Positions 1 through 13,084 of a stretch of DNA of 64,000 nucleotides are shown piece after piece (positions within the stretch are counted from its first letter, which is position 1; each line of letters starts with the position of its first letter). This stretch comes from Carcharhinus longimanus (lineage: Eukaryota). Location of the stretch: contig JASCQW010000132.1 of NCBI GenBank assembly GCA_030264375.1, positions 78,561,042-78,625,041 of the forward strand, written 5' to 3'. Both the position numbers and the translations under genes were made by a program. The notes beneath the pieces are model-generated. The model worked only from the letters and a program-made list of their open reading frames with translations, did no database searches and was not told where the DNA came from.

Positions 1-270
1 GTGAGGGGCAAGGTTTAAAGGAGATCTACAAGGCAGGTTTTTTACACAGAGGGTGGTGGGTGCCTGGAACTCGCTGCTGGGGGAGGTAGTGGAAGCGGAT
101 ACAATAGTTACTTTTAAGGGATGTCTTGACAAATACATGAATAGGATGGAAATAGAAGGATACAATCCCCGGAAGGGTAGAGGGTTCTAGTTAAGTCAGG
201 CAGTATGGTCGGTGCAAGCTTGGAGGCCCTAAGGGCCTGTTCCTGTACTTTAGTTTTCTTTGTTCTTTGA
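1..270 (+). mobile_element. CR1/HER1-like LINE 3' end (end of ORF2, 3'UTR, TTCTTTG tail), cut by the window start
   Basis: 'tttttacacagagggtggtgggtgcctggaac' (FTQRVVGAWN, typical CR1 ORF2 C-terminus), then 'ggcctgttcctgtac...ttctttgttctttg' tail. Confidence 0.85.
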
Positions 271-649
271 AGAAAGACTTGCTGCTTCTAGAAGTTAACA
301 GGGACAATGATGGGGAGGGGAATAAGGGGCATACCATGACAAGAGTGCACGGGAAGTGATGGTGTGGGATGACACTGCATAAGAAAGGAGGTGCAACTGA
401 TATCCATGTGCTTTCAATCAAAGTAGGTACAGCAACACTCAAGTTCACTTGCCTGTGCTTCACATATACCTCATTAGCTCCCTCAGTGTCAAAGATTTTT
501 GCCAGCTCTCTTCATAAGGCAAAGCCTACATTTCCACTATATTTCCTAAATTTTGAAAAACTGAAATCATATGTAGAGGCGTTTAGCTTCATCTTAGCTT
601 ACTTACTTGCTTCAACTCACAATTTATTACAAGCTATTACAAAATTACC

Positions 650-940
650 TTATACATGCAGTGACTACCAACAGCAGAGCGAACCATTGTCAACCTGTAC
701 TCTTCCACTGAGGCCATGAGGATGCCTGAGAATGGATTTATTTGAGTTTAAAGGATTGAAATTAACGGATTGCGCAGCATTCTGGCAGAATCCATTATTC
801 AATCACTGAAGAGAATCTTCATGATATATGATATCCTGGACATTGTAGTGTCAGACAATAGTATACAATTTGCTCACAAATTATTCCACAACTTTGCCAC
901 AAATATGGTTTGATGTATGTTACTAGCTCACAGAGATGTA
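650..940 (+). mobile_element. Decayed Gypsy/Ty3 LTR-retrotransposon integrase fragment
   Basis: Translates, with stops and frameshifts, as EPL..LPLRP...MDLFEFKG ... LKRIF..YDILDIVVSDNSIQF..KYGL.YVTSS, matching the rve core 'GIPDIVVSDNGPQF...HVTSSP'. Confidence 0.7.
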
Positions 941-1579
941 GCTAGACTTGGCGGAGATGTAGTGTAAAGGGTTAACATCAGTAAAACATAATGCTGATGT
1001 AACTATGCTGGAGTGTCACATGACTAAGTAACATCGATCTGGAGGGAAGAAAAAGTCTGCCTTGTGTAAAATACTAGAGGTGTAAATAAATAGTAATGAT
1101 TTTTACAAACTACAGTAGTTTTCTGAGGAAAACAGTAAAAATATATAGGCCTCAAACACAAAATGAAACATGGCGACAGAAAACAAGAAGTTAAAGACAT
1201 AGAAATACTCTCCAAAAGACTGCAAATTTGATAGACCTGCTGATCCTTGAAAGAAGGATAAGAAAAATTGATTGAGAACTCACCTGAAAAATTCATAGAA
1301 TCGCAAGTGCAGCAAATGCAAGCCAAAGCACAGATGCAGAATCCGGACAGCAGTGAGCACAGAACAGAATCTATAAGCCAAATAAATGAGGCAGCAACAA
1401 ATGCAGAGCTTTTGATTCTACACTCCATCTACGCTCCAAATACAAGATGAAACAATAACATTTTGTATAATGCTCCTCGCAATGGCAAGATGGCCCAGCA
1501 CACTTTATGGATCAGAGAATGCAATCAACACCAAGTAACTGGAAAATGTGGGAACTGGCGTGCATGCTTATATAATTCC

Positions 1580-1945
1580 TTCAAAACAAATTAATTACTA
1601 CTGAAGTGCAGTTACTGTTATATAGACAAACTCAACAATTATTTTGCACTTTGGAAGTTACCGCAAACAGCAAATTTCATTAACAACCAGCTAATCCATT
1701 ATTGGATATATCAGTTGAGACATAAAATTCGGCTAGAATAATGGGGAACTTTTCTGTTTTCCCTCAAGTTGTGTCGTGGGACTTTTTAAGCCTATTTCAG
1801 TCAACAGTTTGGGCCTCAAGTTAACATTTCACCTAAATAGCAATATTTCTGACAATGTAGCACCCATCTTGACAGTGTCAGCACAGGTTATGTGCAAAAG
1901 TCCTTAATGGGCTTTTGGCTGAGAAGTGAGAATGCAGCTAAGTCA
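1580..1945 (-). mobile_element. Old Deu-domain SINE (SacSINE1-like)
   Basis: Reverse complement resembles the Deu-SINE body as I recall it: 'gtgctacattgtcagaaatattgctatttaggtgaaatgttaacttgaggccc...aaaaagtcccacgacac...ttgctgtttgcggtaacttccaaagtgcaaaa...taacagtaactgcacttcag'. Confidence 0.65.
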
Positions 1946-4605
1946 GATTGCAAAGGTTAAATTAAATGGATTGTAATAGGTTCTTGCACGCATGGCAGGA
2001 AGAGGTAGGGTAAAAAGTTTTAATGTGGGAGTACAAAAGGGCCAGGGCATAATAGTTGAAATAGTAGTCGCCAAAGTGAAAAGATAATGTTGACCAATGA
2101 GAGAAGAGGAAATAAGAACATAGGAGATCATTGAGGGAGACTGGAGTGTAGTCTAAAAGGTATTTGTATGAGAATTTAAGTATGTTGAAATTAATTACTG
2201 ATGTAGGAACCAGTGAACCCTGACAAGGACTATGCCGATCGGTGTGCGGGGTTTTAAGCATGCACGCTCATGAATTGAAGCACTCTGAATGAGTTGTGGC
2301 CCTCAAAACGTGAAAGTGGGAAAGATGGCTGCTAGATCCTTCAGGAAGGCAGGCAGCAAATAGTAATGGTATAGATTAGAGACTTGACAGCCATAGGGGA
2401 GCGATAGGAAATGGGAATGGAAGCAAGATGGTCTTAATAATGAAACAGATCTGGGGAAAAGATTCCACCTCAGGACAACACAGCGACCTTTTAAATCTTA
2501 CGAATTGTAAGAGAAAGGGGAAGACTGAGGAAGTAATTAACTCCAGTATTTTGAGATCTTGTAGAAGTAGACACAATGGGAACTTAAGAAAGAGTGTATA
2601 GGACAGCATATCAGGAGCTTAGGGGGGACAAAGAAGATAAATTTGAATGAGCACTGACCAAAGTGGCATCAATAAACTAAATACAAGAGTGGATGAAAGT
2701 GAAAAGAGGACAGTAAAAATGCTCAGACAATGGAGGGATACCAAGCTTGTCTGGTATCCTGCCCAACAATGTTAGGTATTTGAGACTATCTCAGGCATTA
2801 GACCAATACTCACATTATGATGAACCTGAGATTTATAAGGAGACAAAGAGAAAAGTAAAATTTTAAAAGAAGAGGAAAGCACATTTTTTAAGACATTTTT
2901 AACAATATGGGAATTCCATTTGCTATCAGACATTAGGCTTTGCCCTGTCATTGAGCTGTTGATCAAAATCAAAATGACTCAGTTCAACCTAACTTTAATC
3001 AGTGTGAATTTTTCATAGAATTGAGTCCACAATCTGCAGAGCACTGAACTCTGTCAATAACATCTGTGCTTATGCAGTTCAGTTTCCATTTGTCCAATGC
3101 TTTGGATTCAAGATGCCATCTCAGGTTTGCTTGGTACTGCTCCCAATATGCTCTTTTATATTCCTCACCGGGTATCTGATGGAAGAGTGAGAGATAAAAT
3201 GTTAACACTTAGGGGTGGAATAAAATTTGTTTCCGTTAATGACTATAGCATCTCATTGATGGACTGTTTTGAGCCGTTAAATCTATTTTTATTCTTTTCT
3301 ACTTGTTACTGTAGTGATGCCATAGTGGGAGTTTTCAGTGTAAAGATGAGATGCAACAGCCATGTGAAACAAATGAACATGATGGCTATTGATTGAGTCA
3401 GACGATAGTATGGTATTAGAGTATCTCAAAAAGAGTGAAATTGTTTAAAACAGCAGTACAAAATGGACTCATAGCAACTTGACAGCCTGTTATTTCACCT
3501 GATTTTTCTTGCCACTGAAATTAATTGGTAAGAAAAGAAAGTTGATCGAAACGTATTTTCAACTATCAGCCTGTTTTGCATTACTGCAATTGACTAATCC
3601 CACCCCAATGTTTTTTTGCATTGTCCCAGACCGTTAGCCAACATTGAAACTTCCATCTTAGTCAGAAAAGATGTTGGAATAAATTTCTAACTTTGGGCTA
3701 CATTTTCTATAACTGCTGCCCGTGATTACAAAGAGTACTGCTGATTACAAAGAGGTTGTTTTCAACTCTGGCTGATATACATGGACCTGAAGCACAATCA
3801 GAGTTTGGCATTGATTTTGGAACCTCTGTCTCTCGAGACTATCTTAGTGAAATAGTAAAACTAAAATTAGTCAGGGAAGTCCTTGGTTGAGCAGGAGATT
3901 ATTAATGCCAGCAGTTACTCAGGATTTAACATCCTAACATGTGTTCTTGATTCAGTTTCACAAAGGTCAATGCATCAGTTTTATCCAGTGCTTTCATGTA
4001 ACATCCGATGCTAGAAGTCTTTGTAGCAGTTATGCTGGTTCTGTACAGGGAGATAACATTGATGGCTTTCGACTTTGGAAGCTTGCAGAATTTGGGGAGG
4101 AACATGTGTCTCAGAGTTGAAGGGTCTAAGATTCAAACGCTGGTGTCAACGTGTTATGTATTTTTAATGATTCCTTACCAGCAGCCACGCAGAGGCACTT
4201 TTATAGAATGTTTGTGTGATGCTAACATCACAGGTACCTGTGTAGTGTAACATCACAACCTGTAGTGCTAATATCTCCTGAATAAAGCTGATCTTTGCTG
4301 AACATCTGCAGCCTCCTAAAGTCAATCCTGTGAATGCCACACAAAAAACTGGTGACAAGAAAGCTGGACAATGCTTGTAGCCACTCCAAGGAAACCTCTG
4401 CACATGTGATGTTGCTCTCTGTCCTCCGCAGCCCCTTGTGCAGCAGCAGGATGCAAATTTGCTGGATCATGGAGTGCAACTGTCCCTGACCAGCTACTCT
4501 CCTCCTGCCCTCCTCTTTACTGTAGGAGGAATCTCCTATAGAATGCAGAGTTCCCATGGAGGACAGCAATCTAAATGTCCAATGCAAGTCAGAACTTTCC
4601 CCACA

Positions 4606-4728
4606 CCTGACAAAGGAAAAGCATTTCTAAAAGTGTGTGGGTTTCCTATCAAATCAACTGATTGGACTTTAACCTGGTGTTGTGAGACTTCTTACTGTGT
4701 TTACCCCAGTCAAATGCCAGCATCTCCA
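4606..4728 (+). mobile_element. Terminal fragment of a common shark retroelement (Penelope-like, tentative)
   Basis: 'ttggactttaacctggtgttgtgagacttcttactgtgtttaccccagtc...gcatctcca' resembles a frequent elasmobranch repeat terminus; the family label is inferred. Confidence 0.5.
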
Positions 4729-4729
4729 T

Positions 4730-4883
4730 ACTGTGGGAGGAAACAAGAGCACCCAGAGGAAACCCACGTAGACACTGAAAGAATGTGCAAATTCCACACA
4801 GACAATGACCCAAGCTGGGAATCAAACCTGGGTCTCTGGCACTGTGAGGCAGCAGTGCTAACCACTGTGCCACCGTGCTGCCC
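4730..4883 (-). mobile_element. HE1/V-SINE, 3'-truncated
   Basis: Reverse complement: GGGCAGCACGGTGGCACAGTGGTTAGCACTGCTGCCTCACAGTGCCAGAGACCCAGGTTTGATTCCC (tRNA-like A/B boxes) plus the V-domain 'tgtctgtgtggaatttgcacattct...gtgggtttcctctgggtgctc'. Confidence 0.9.
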
Positions 4884-6464
4884 CTGTATATCTCCTTTCG
4901 TGAAAGAATGACCTGAAGCAGGCTGAAAGCTATGAACGACCAAAGTTAAACTACAATGAAACTCTCCATCTTCCACACCAGAGTCTTCTGTTGAATGCAG
5001 AACACATCCTGATACCTGGTGTGACTCCCTCTGAATATTTTTTCATGCACCCACCAAAGTACAACATGGGCTACATAAAATGCAGGTCTACTGCCTTGTT
5101 AACAAGCTTAATAAGTTAATTAGTTTTATTTTTAATTGTTGGGTTGCCAATTTTGGCGCCTTTCCAACTTCTGTATTGTTGGAGATAGACGTAGTGGCAT
5201 TGGGTTAGTGACCTGACAGATGTTACACACTTGCAGTTTGCTGGTGCTGGGGACAATGGTCTCAATTTCTAAATTAAAGTCCACCTCTATTTTGGCCTTT
5301 GAGGGTATTCTCATTCTAAAGCTTAAGAAAGACATAATGCTTCTAACAGTCATACCTGATCACCTTTTGTGAAAAACCCCATTAATGAGTTTAATGCTGA
5401 AACAAAATAGTTATATATTTGCTTCTATCCATGAGATTTTACATCATAGATCACTGGAGTTATTGTTAATAACTGGTTATTCTTTCTTTTCTCCCATGAT
5501 CCAATTTTAAAGGGTCTGACTCGAACTTTCTTAGTTTAAGATGGGCAGGCAAAACCTATAAACGCCCTATGGCTACTGAGTAATGTTTCTTTCACTTGGC
5601 TTAATGTATTCCAAGAATAGAGAAAATTCAGGAGTCTCCTATGCAGCAAGAAAGAATCCAAGTAATTGTAATTTCAGGGCATTTTATAAACTAGGATGGT
5701 TGTGCCTCAATAAAAAGTATCCACTAAAAAGAATCGTACAAGTTCAATTTGTTAAGTAATTAATGCAATGGATAATACTTTGCAGACAATTAAACTTTTT
5801 CAAAGGCTAATGTTATATTTTTGGATTTTTGTCAGACTTTTACTTGTAATCTACATAAAGGACTATTCTCATAAGCAAGCCCTTATGATGAACCATTGTG
5901 CAACCCTACATGGACAATATCTGTCATACAGCATTGCCCAGATGTCGAATGAAACCCTTGTTACTATATTTAGATTACTGGATATGATGCAAGTCCTTTC
6001 ATAATCTCTAGACTTCGTAAATCATTCTGTCAGCCCACAGTCTCGGTCCTAACTTATAACACAGATCTATTTAAAAATAACAGACAAGCAACAGCAATAG
6101 ACAATAAAGTTACAGATTTACAGAATTTTATACCTCTTCAATACCAAAAATGACAAAGAATGTGCCCCTTTTCTATTTTTTGCAGTAATGTCAGACTTAA
6201 GTTAACTGCAACATTTCTTACTTATGGTGTTTGTTGGACCAACAAGGGGGGAATATTCTTTTGCTACAAACCTGGGATAGTCAGCCAGAGACATAGGCTT
6301 GCTGTCCCACCTTCTTCCCACCAAAGTCCTGGACCATTTTTAGGGTCTCTCATCATTAGCATTTAGTCAACTAGCTGCAGGCAGAATAGGAGTCTTCATT
6401 GGCAATCCATCAGTTCAGAGGTTACAATGTTGAATGGACTAACTGACCAAAAGAGGATAAGTCC

Positions 6465-7060
6465 TTGCCTTTATTAGCCAAGGCATAGAGTATAAGAGCA
6501 GGAAGGCTATGATGGAGCTGTTTGAAACACTACGTAGGCCATAGCTGGAGTATTGTGAGCCGTTCTGGTCAGCAAACTATTAACGAAGATGTGATTGCAC
6601 TAGAGAGGGTACAGAGGAGATTACGCAGCATGTTGCCTGGGCTGGAATGTTTCAACGATGAAGAGAGGCTGGTTAGGTTGGGGCTGTTTTCCTTAGAGCA
6701 GAGAAGGATGAGAGGGGATCTGACTCAGGACATAGATAGGGTAGATAGGAACGAATTTCTCTGATTAGATGCAGGGTCAATAACCAGGGGCCATTGATTT
6801 AAGTAAGGGGCCGAAGATTTAGAAGAGATTTGGGAAAAACCTTTTTCATCTAGAGGGTGGTGAGAATCTGAAACTAACTGCTTGAAAGGGTGGTAAAGCA
6901 GAAACCCTCACAACATTTAAGAAGCATTTAGATTAGCACTGAAATGCCAGAGCATACAAGGCTATGGACCAAGTACTGGAAAATGGAATTAGAATAGGTA
7001 TGTATTTGATGACCATGATGGACTGAAGAGTCTTTTTTAGTGTTGTAGAACTCTATGACT
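6465..7060 (+). mobile_element. CR1-like LINE, 3' part of ORF2 and 3'UTR (5'-truncated, decayed)
   Basis: ORF 6522-6764 contains 'DVIALERVQRRLRSMLPGLECFNDEERLVRLGLFSLEQRRMRGDL', the CR1 ORF2 C-terminal motif; ends in 'ctctatgactc'. Confidence 0.9.
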
Positions 7061-7689
7061 CAGTAAGTGAGTGTGAGTTCATGGGCTGGTTAGTGGGGAG
7101 GTGTTGGGGGGGTAATGGGAGGTAAGTGGTAATGTGGAGTGGCAGTGACTGAGGTTGGCTTTCTGGAGCTCTGAGGAGCTTGCTTCACTTAGTACTACTC
7201 TAAAATGATAAACGGTGTCCTATTTGTATTTTAGGGCACTAATTTGCAAATTAGCTAATTTACCACCTGATGCAGGTAGGTGCTCTGGATGCTTAGTTAA
7301 AGACCTGGGACAATTCCAACAGACATGGAAATGGAAAGAACAGACAATAGGACAATTTATGCCATTTTCCACTAGACAGATAGCCTCAAACTCACCCTGG
7401 AGAATCTGCAAGGCCCTATTGCGATGGTCTCAGAAGAAATGATGAACTGGAGAAAGATTAGCTAAGAATAGAAGGAAAATGGGAGAGAGTGTGCCCATCA
7501 ATTTCTGATTAACTATGCACTGATAAAGGACTTCCAAATGGTGTTGATCCAAGAAGATTACCCCATACTTTCCATCCCAGTTAAACTTCACCCAGGAATA
7601 TAGGAAATCAAACATGTATAATTGCATCAGTTCAAATAATCCTGAATACAAAATCTAATTCCAACAATATTTAAAGTTAAAATTTGGTA

Positions 7690-8578
7690 TTTAATGTGGT
7701 TGGAGTCATTCCTCTCACAAGGACAGGTGGTTGTAGTTGTTAGAAGCAATTATCTCAGCCCAGGATATTGCTGTATAAGTTCCTCAGAGTAGTGCTCTCG
7801 GCCATACCATCTTCAGCTGCTTCATCAATGACTTTCCCCCAACATAAGATCAGAAATGGGGATGTTCGCAACTGCTCAGTGCTCAGCACCATTTGTCACT
7901 CAACAGATACCAAACCAGTGCTTACCTGCTAGACTTGGACAACATTCAGGCTTGTGCCAACAGGTGATAAGTAACATTTGCACCTCACAAGTGCCAGACA
8001 AGACCATCCCCAACAAGTGAGAATCTAACCATCTTCCTTCATGCTTAACAGTACTATCATCTCCTAATCTTCAACCAACATTTGGGGGTTACCATTGACC
8101 AGACACTTAACTGGACCAGCCATACCATTATAGTGGCTGCAAAAACAAGGGCTAAGCTGGGAATTCTGCAGCAAGTAACTCACCTCCTGACTTTCCAAAA
8201 CTTGCTCACCATCTAATGAGCACAAGTGTGGTGGAATATTTTTCACCTGGAGAGTGCAGTTCCAACAACACTCAAGAAGCTTGACATCGTCCAGGACAAA
8301 GCAGCTATTTTGATGGTACCACATCCACTATTTTAAACATCCATTCTGATGCACAGTGGCATCAGGGTGTTTAGGAACTAGGTCACCATTCATCTGTTGT
8401 CAGTGGGTTGAATTCTGGAACTCTTTTGTTAAAAGCCCTGTGGATGTACCTACACTACACGATCTACAATGGTCAAGAAGGTTGCTCACCACCACCTTCA
8501 CAACAACAGTTTGAAATGAGCAACAAATGCTGGCCTTGTCAACAATATTCACATCCCATGAGTAAATAAAATAAAATA
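7690..8578 (+). mobile_element. Second non-LTR LINE family (CR1/L2 group), RT C-terminal half and 3' tail
   Basis: 'gttcctcagagtagtgctctcggccataccatcttcagctgcttcatcaatgac' = VPQSSALG.TIFSCFIND (GVPQGSVLGP RT motif); tail 'aaatgctggccttgtcaacaatattcacatcccatgagtaaataaaa'. Confidence 0.85.
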
Positions 8579-8844
8579 CCACTTAGTGCAAGGTATTTCT
8601 AACTTTCCTTCTGATGGAAGACAATTGTTTCACTTGTGCACTTCCAAGAACTTCATCTTAATTTGATAAGATTTTGAAACAAAGCTGACATTCTGAAAAA
8701 TTTAAACAATAGATTAAGTAGTAGATATGAAGAGAGTAAATGAGGTAAAAATCTAACATTTTCAATTTTGATTCGAGTATCCAGCAGTTTATTTTTCCAT
8801 TTTACTCAGGTAACTTATGTGTTTTGCAATCAAAATTTGACAAA

Positions 8845-8977
8845 GTTTTGACAAAGGGTCATCTGGAGTCAAAATGTCAGCTCTTTTCTCTCCTTACAGA
8901 TGCTGCCAGACCTGCTGAGATTTTCCAGCATTTTCCCTTTTGGTTTCAAATTCCAGCATCCACAGTAACTTGCTTTA
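8845..8977. repeat. Single arm of the shark 'cagatgctgccagacctgctgag' interspersed repeat
   Basis: Near match to copies at 22372-22507, 22767-23118, 38622-38740 and 59701-59954. Confidence 0.8.
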
Positions 8978-9039
8978 AAAATAATTGACATGAAGCCAAT
9001 AAAGAAGAAGCAGAGGATTGATTAAAAATTCGTCAAAGT

Positions 9040-9660
9040 TTCAAGGAAGATCTTCAAGTTTGAGAGTGAGAGAGATGAAAAGATTTAAGAGTGTAATTTC
9101 CAAGTTTAGGGTCTAGCTGAAGACATGGCTGCTGAATGTGGATGATGGGATTGGAAGATGCATAACAGGCCAGAATTAGGAGGAACTCTTGAAGAGTTTG
9201 TAGGGCTTGGGGAGGGTGCAGAGATATGGGAGGAGTTGGGGTGAGGAGTTGTTTGTGCTGGTGGAGAAAATGCTGTAAAAGGCTTTGAAGAATTGTTTTA
9301 TTCATTTACAGGATGTGGGCATCATTAGCTGGGTCAACATTTATTGCCTATCTCTAAATGCCTTTGGGACTTTGAGAATTATTAATTGGAGGTATTGGTG
9401 GACAGGAAGGATGGGTGAACAGGGCTTGATGCAGAATAGGGTTTGGGCAGCAGGGAATTATTACGTTGGAGAGGGTATGTGGTCAGAAACTCATCTGAGT
9501 TAAACAGGATGCTGAGGTTGCAAACAGTCTGATTTAAAAAGCTGAGAATGTAGTCAGGGAGGGGGTGGAATTGCTGGTGAGGGAACAGAGTTTGTGGTGG
9601 GGGCAGGCACAATGGCTTCAATGTATCTGATGTTTAGCTGATCATTTCAAATACTTTAGT
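9040..9660 (-). mobile_element. Decayed L2-like LINE 3' region with a short SINE/LINE tail inserted at about 9295-9365
   Basis: Reverse complement has 'ccctaaacttggaaattacactcttaaatcttttcatctctctc' (L2-type 3' end). 9295-9365 is the reverse complement of the tail seen at 19960-20020. Confidence 0.55.
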
Positions 9661-10313
9661 CACTGGAAGAAGTAGTTTCACTTCAGTTTAGTTATGTATA
9701 GTATGTAAATAACACACTGTGAAGTTACTTTAACAATATAGTGCGATAACGTCAAAACTGAAGTTGTCCAATGAATTCCAAGGTGATTAAAGGACTCATT
9801 GTTGCTTTCCTGGAAGAAAACACCCTGTAAGGTATATGGGGATTAATCAGTTAGGTTCTATGTTAAGCTGAAAAAACAACACTGCAGCTCTCTATTCTAC
9901 TAAAGACTAGGGAGAGAAAATGTTACCATCCGTTCAGAAAAAGGTGGCAAAGGAGAAAAAATCTATTCATCAAATTTCTTTAAATGAAGATTAATAATTC
10001 AACAAAAAACATTTGGCCTTTGCTTAACCAAACATTACAAATATAAAGACAAGTAATTTAGATAGTTTTGTGATAAATGAGCATAGTTCAGTAAAATATT
10101 CATACACTTCAAGCCTCTGCAGACAGTTAAACAGTTAATAAAATTAACTGAAAATTACTCAAGTGATCTCCACTAGGCTACACTGGAACTCTTCTTCAAA
10201 AAGGTTGCAGGTTGGAAAAGGGTTAGAAAGTCGCAGGAAAATGTTTGAGGGGGAGTTCATTTTTAAACAGCAAATTGACTCATCTTATCACTAAGTTGTT
10301 TGAATCATTACAG

Positions 10314-10398
10314 CTGGAGCCTCTTCCTCAAGAAGTTCAGCTTCAGAAGCCAAACGCCAATGCTGTAGCCTCTCTGGAAAAAACAATTGAAATTCAAA
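10314..10398 (+). CDS. HDAC9: HDAC9 third-to-last coding exon (LEPLPQEVQLQKPNANAVASLEKTIEIQ + first base of R)
   Basis: Acceptor 'tcattacag|CTG', donor 'CAAA|gtaagt'; 85 nt, phase 0 to 1. Peptide matches the class IIa HDAC C-terminal helix (human HDAC9 LEPL...PNMNAVISLQKIIEIQ). Absent from the ORF track. Confidence 0.93.
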
Positions 10399-12331
10399 GT
10401 AAGTCATTTGGGTAACATTTGTTTAATTACACAAAAATGATTTATTATCTAGCAAGTGCCAGGAAGGTTTCTGTTTACCGGTCTTCTAAACCAATATGTC
10501 AGTTTGCTGATTGCACACAGGCTCATATTCAAAGAAGAAACAATACTACGTTTACATAAATAAATTGCAAAAACACAATGAAAAAAGCTTTTATGTAAGG
10601 TTATAAAATAACTGAAGATAATGATTTACTCAGCAATCTTTCTTAAAACAAACTAAGCTTCAAGCTGGAGGTCTATTCCTTCAGAGTATAAATGCTTTGC
10701 TTTGTCTATTCCAAAAGAGAAAAAATCCTGGAACCTCTCCAATATAAACTATGATTTGTATTTGCATTGATAATAGAAGTCCAGAAATTAAAATCTTCCA
10801 TTCTTTACTTATGAAATCCAAAATTCAATAGTGAAGCAAAACTGGCAGCCTTTTCTTCAAATGAATAACAAATAATCTCATGATATTGGCAACAGAACTC
10901 TATGGTGAGAATGAATGGTCCATTAACTCTTGGCATGTTAAATTTACTTTACAGTTATGAGAACTGGAATATTTTCCACCACAACCTCTTTCAACTTTTA
11001 ATATATATCTTGTAAAATTATCAAAAATTGTACAAAATGAATGGGACTGCAAAAATGTGTTGCCAAGAACACATCCCAGAAGGTAATACTGCAGCTCCCT
11101 CTTGCCATTGAAGCAGTTTCTGCTATCCTGGCAAATTTGAATTTATATTATCAGTCTTCCACTCATGCACAAAGTTTCCACTACTCTTTAAACCAATTGG
11201 ACGGGAAGCAATCAGTGCGGTTAATGATTCCACCCTACTCCGTTCGCTCCAATTGCTCTTGACTTTACCCCAAATCCTGCTATCACTATGTTAATAGAGA
11301 TATCCCAATCTCAAACGGTGGGACTGAAATATTCTAAAGGACATAAGACTTGATTAAAAGTTATAGTCTGCTCCTCTCTTCACCTTGCTGAGTGTATCCC
11401 ATTGCTTTACACAGAACCATTTGGTGTGGAAGTTGAAACGATTCAGTGAAACAATTGAAATGTTGTCCAGAATTACGTGACCATGTGAGTGAGAAGGAGC
11501 AGCATTAGGTGGCTTGGACTGCACTGGGTTGATTTGATCCATTTATTTAAAATATTTGCATTAAATTGTTCAGTTTAGCTAGACTTGGCAAAAAGAAACT
11601 TGTTCTCCCTTATCTTGCAGAATTCCATTAAACTCATGCCAAGATCAGATCTAATGTAATTTTGAAAAATTATAATACGTTTACTCATTTGTTTTTAATT
11701 ATGTTGTATTTGACTGCATCATCCCTCGTATTCCATTCCCTTCACCTAGCTACACCGCTACATGGCTCCCTGCCATTGTGATCCACCTAAAATCAGAGTC
11801 TTATTATTTCTTAGTTAAATATTATTGGGAGCATTATATAATGCAGCTTGAAAAGCTATTTGAATCATACATAACTTATAAAGTTACTATAGCTACCATA
11901 GTCTGTTAAAAAAAAGTTTGATTCAGCCAAATGCCGATATGTTTGTTTTCAATTTCCAAACATCATAAGCCAATTTTAACATATTCTAATTGCATAAATG
12001 TAAAAAGTAGGATATTATAGAATACTGTAAGTTGCTCCTTTTTCTCTTTAAAATGTTTTGGCTTCTCTGTGTGCTTTTGAGATAAGGGGTGTTAAAACTG
12101 GGGAATGGAACCGTTTCTCATTTCAGACACTCGCACTTGACAGTATCAAGCAATCACTGGACAATTATAGTAAAGCTAATGGTAATGTTCCCACTATTCC
12201 CTAAAATGTGTCTTAGTTTCAATTCCAGATAAAAATCTAAAGCATCAGATTCCATTTCCTACGGAAACCATCCCTGTCACCTCTTTGAGTGGCATTGCTA
12301 GTTCAATGCAAGTTTTGTGTTATTGATCAAT

Positions 12332-13084
12332 GGGCTGGATTTTATGGAGGCATTGTTCCCCACACCCAGTAGGAAAGTCCATTCCAAATCAACCAACTGT
12401 AAATAAGACTATCTTGCAATGATGACACACTGCTGGTGGCCAAAATAAACTGAGGGCTTGCCTTCCAACCCTCAGTGGGAGGAAATTCCATCTTGAGAAC
12501 TACTGGCCAACCTGATTGGCTGGCAGCTCTAGCAATCCCAGCATTGCGGAACTCTATGCTGGGTCTTTTGGGGCCACAATCAAATCCTGGAATGAAGAGG
12601 ACATGGCCACTGGAGAGACATAAATCTGGGTATTGGACAAGGAAGTAACAGAGAATGTAAGGATGAGGGTAAAGGAGCTGGGGCATGTTTAAGAGGCCAG
12701 CTGGGAAAGAACAAATGATGGAGGGTAACATCTTGGGGGCAATGCACCTGATGCATAAATGGGACCCTTCCCCCCAGTGTTATGTGTCCCCTTTCTTCCA
12801 GCCTTTTCAACAAAGCTGTTTAAAAAATGGCCTTCATGCTCACCCACCTGCTACTACCCAGCATTTTGTGGCAGTAGAGATGAATTGAGGAGCTTAAGTG
12901 GGCAATAACTGGCCATCTAAGGCCCTCAATAGACCTAAGACTGGGTGGGGCTGGCTGGTTGGCTCCTCACCTACCACACCTTCTACACCTCCCACTCCCA
13001 TGAACTATGGTGACCCAGTTGGGTGCAGGCTGGAAAGGTGAGGAAAGCAAAAGCATGGACCTATGGATCCTTAAAATCCAGCTC
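12332..13084. mobile_element. Non-autonomous DNA transposon (MITE, probably Harbinger/PIF type)
   Basis: Terminal inverted repeats GGGCTGGATTTTA (12332-12344) and TAAAATCCAGCTC (13072-13084, one mismatch); GC-richer interior with no credible ORF. Confidence 0.6.

Noticed and set aside
1024-1450. Gln/Glu-rich short ORF and its antisense Cys-rich ORF
   Set aside because: Adjacent to Gypsy debris, compositionally biased, no recognisable domain.
3723-3754. Direct repeat TGATTACAAAGAG x2
   Set aside because: Only two units; ordinary micro-duplication, not an array.
4438-4911. Recurring similar ORFs (CGRKPEHPEETHAD...; also near 31415, 36356, 61965, 62456)
   Set aside because: Translations of V-SINE copies, not a gene family.
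1-10300. Further upstream HDAC9 exon (expected ...ALEGGHDLTAICDASEAC...)
   Set aside because: Not found by eye; it probably lies left of the window.
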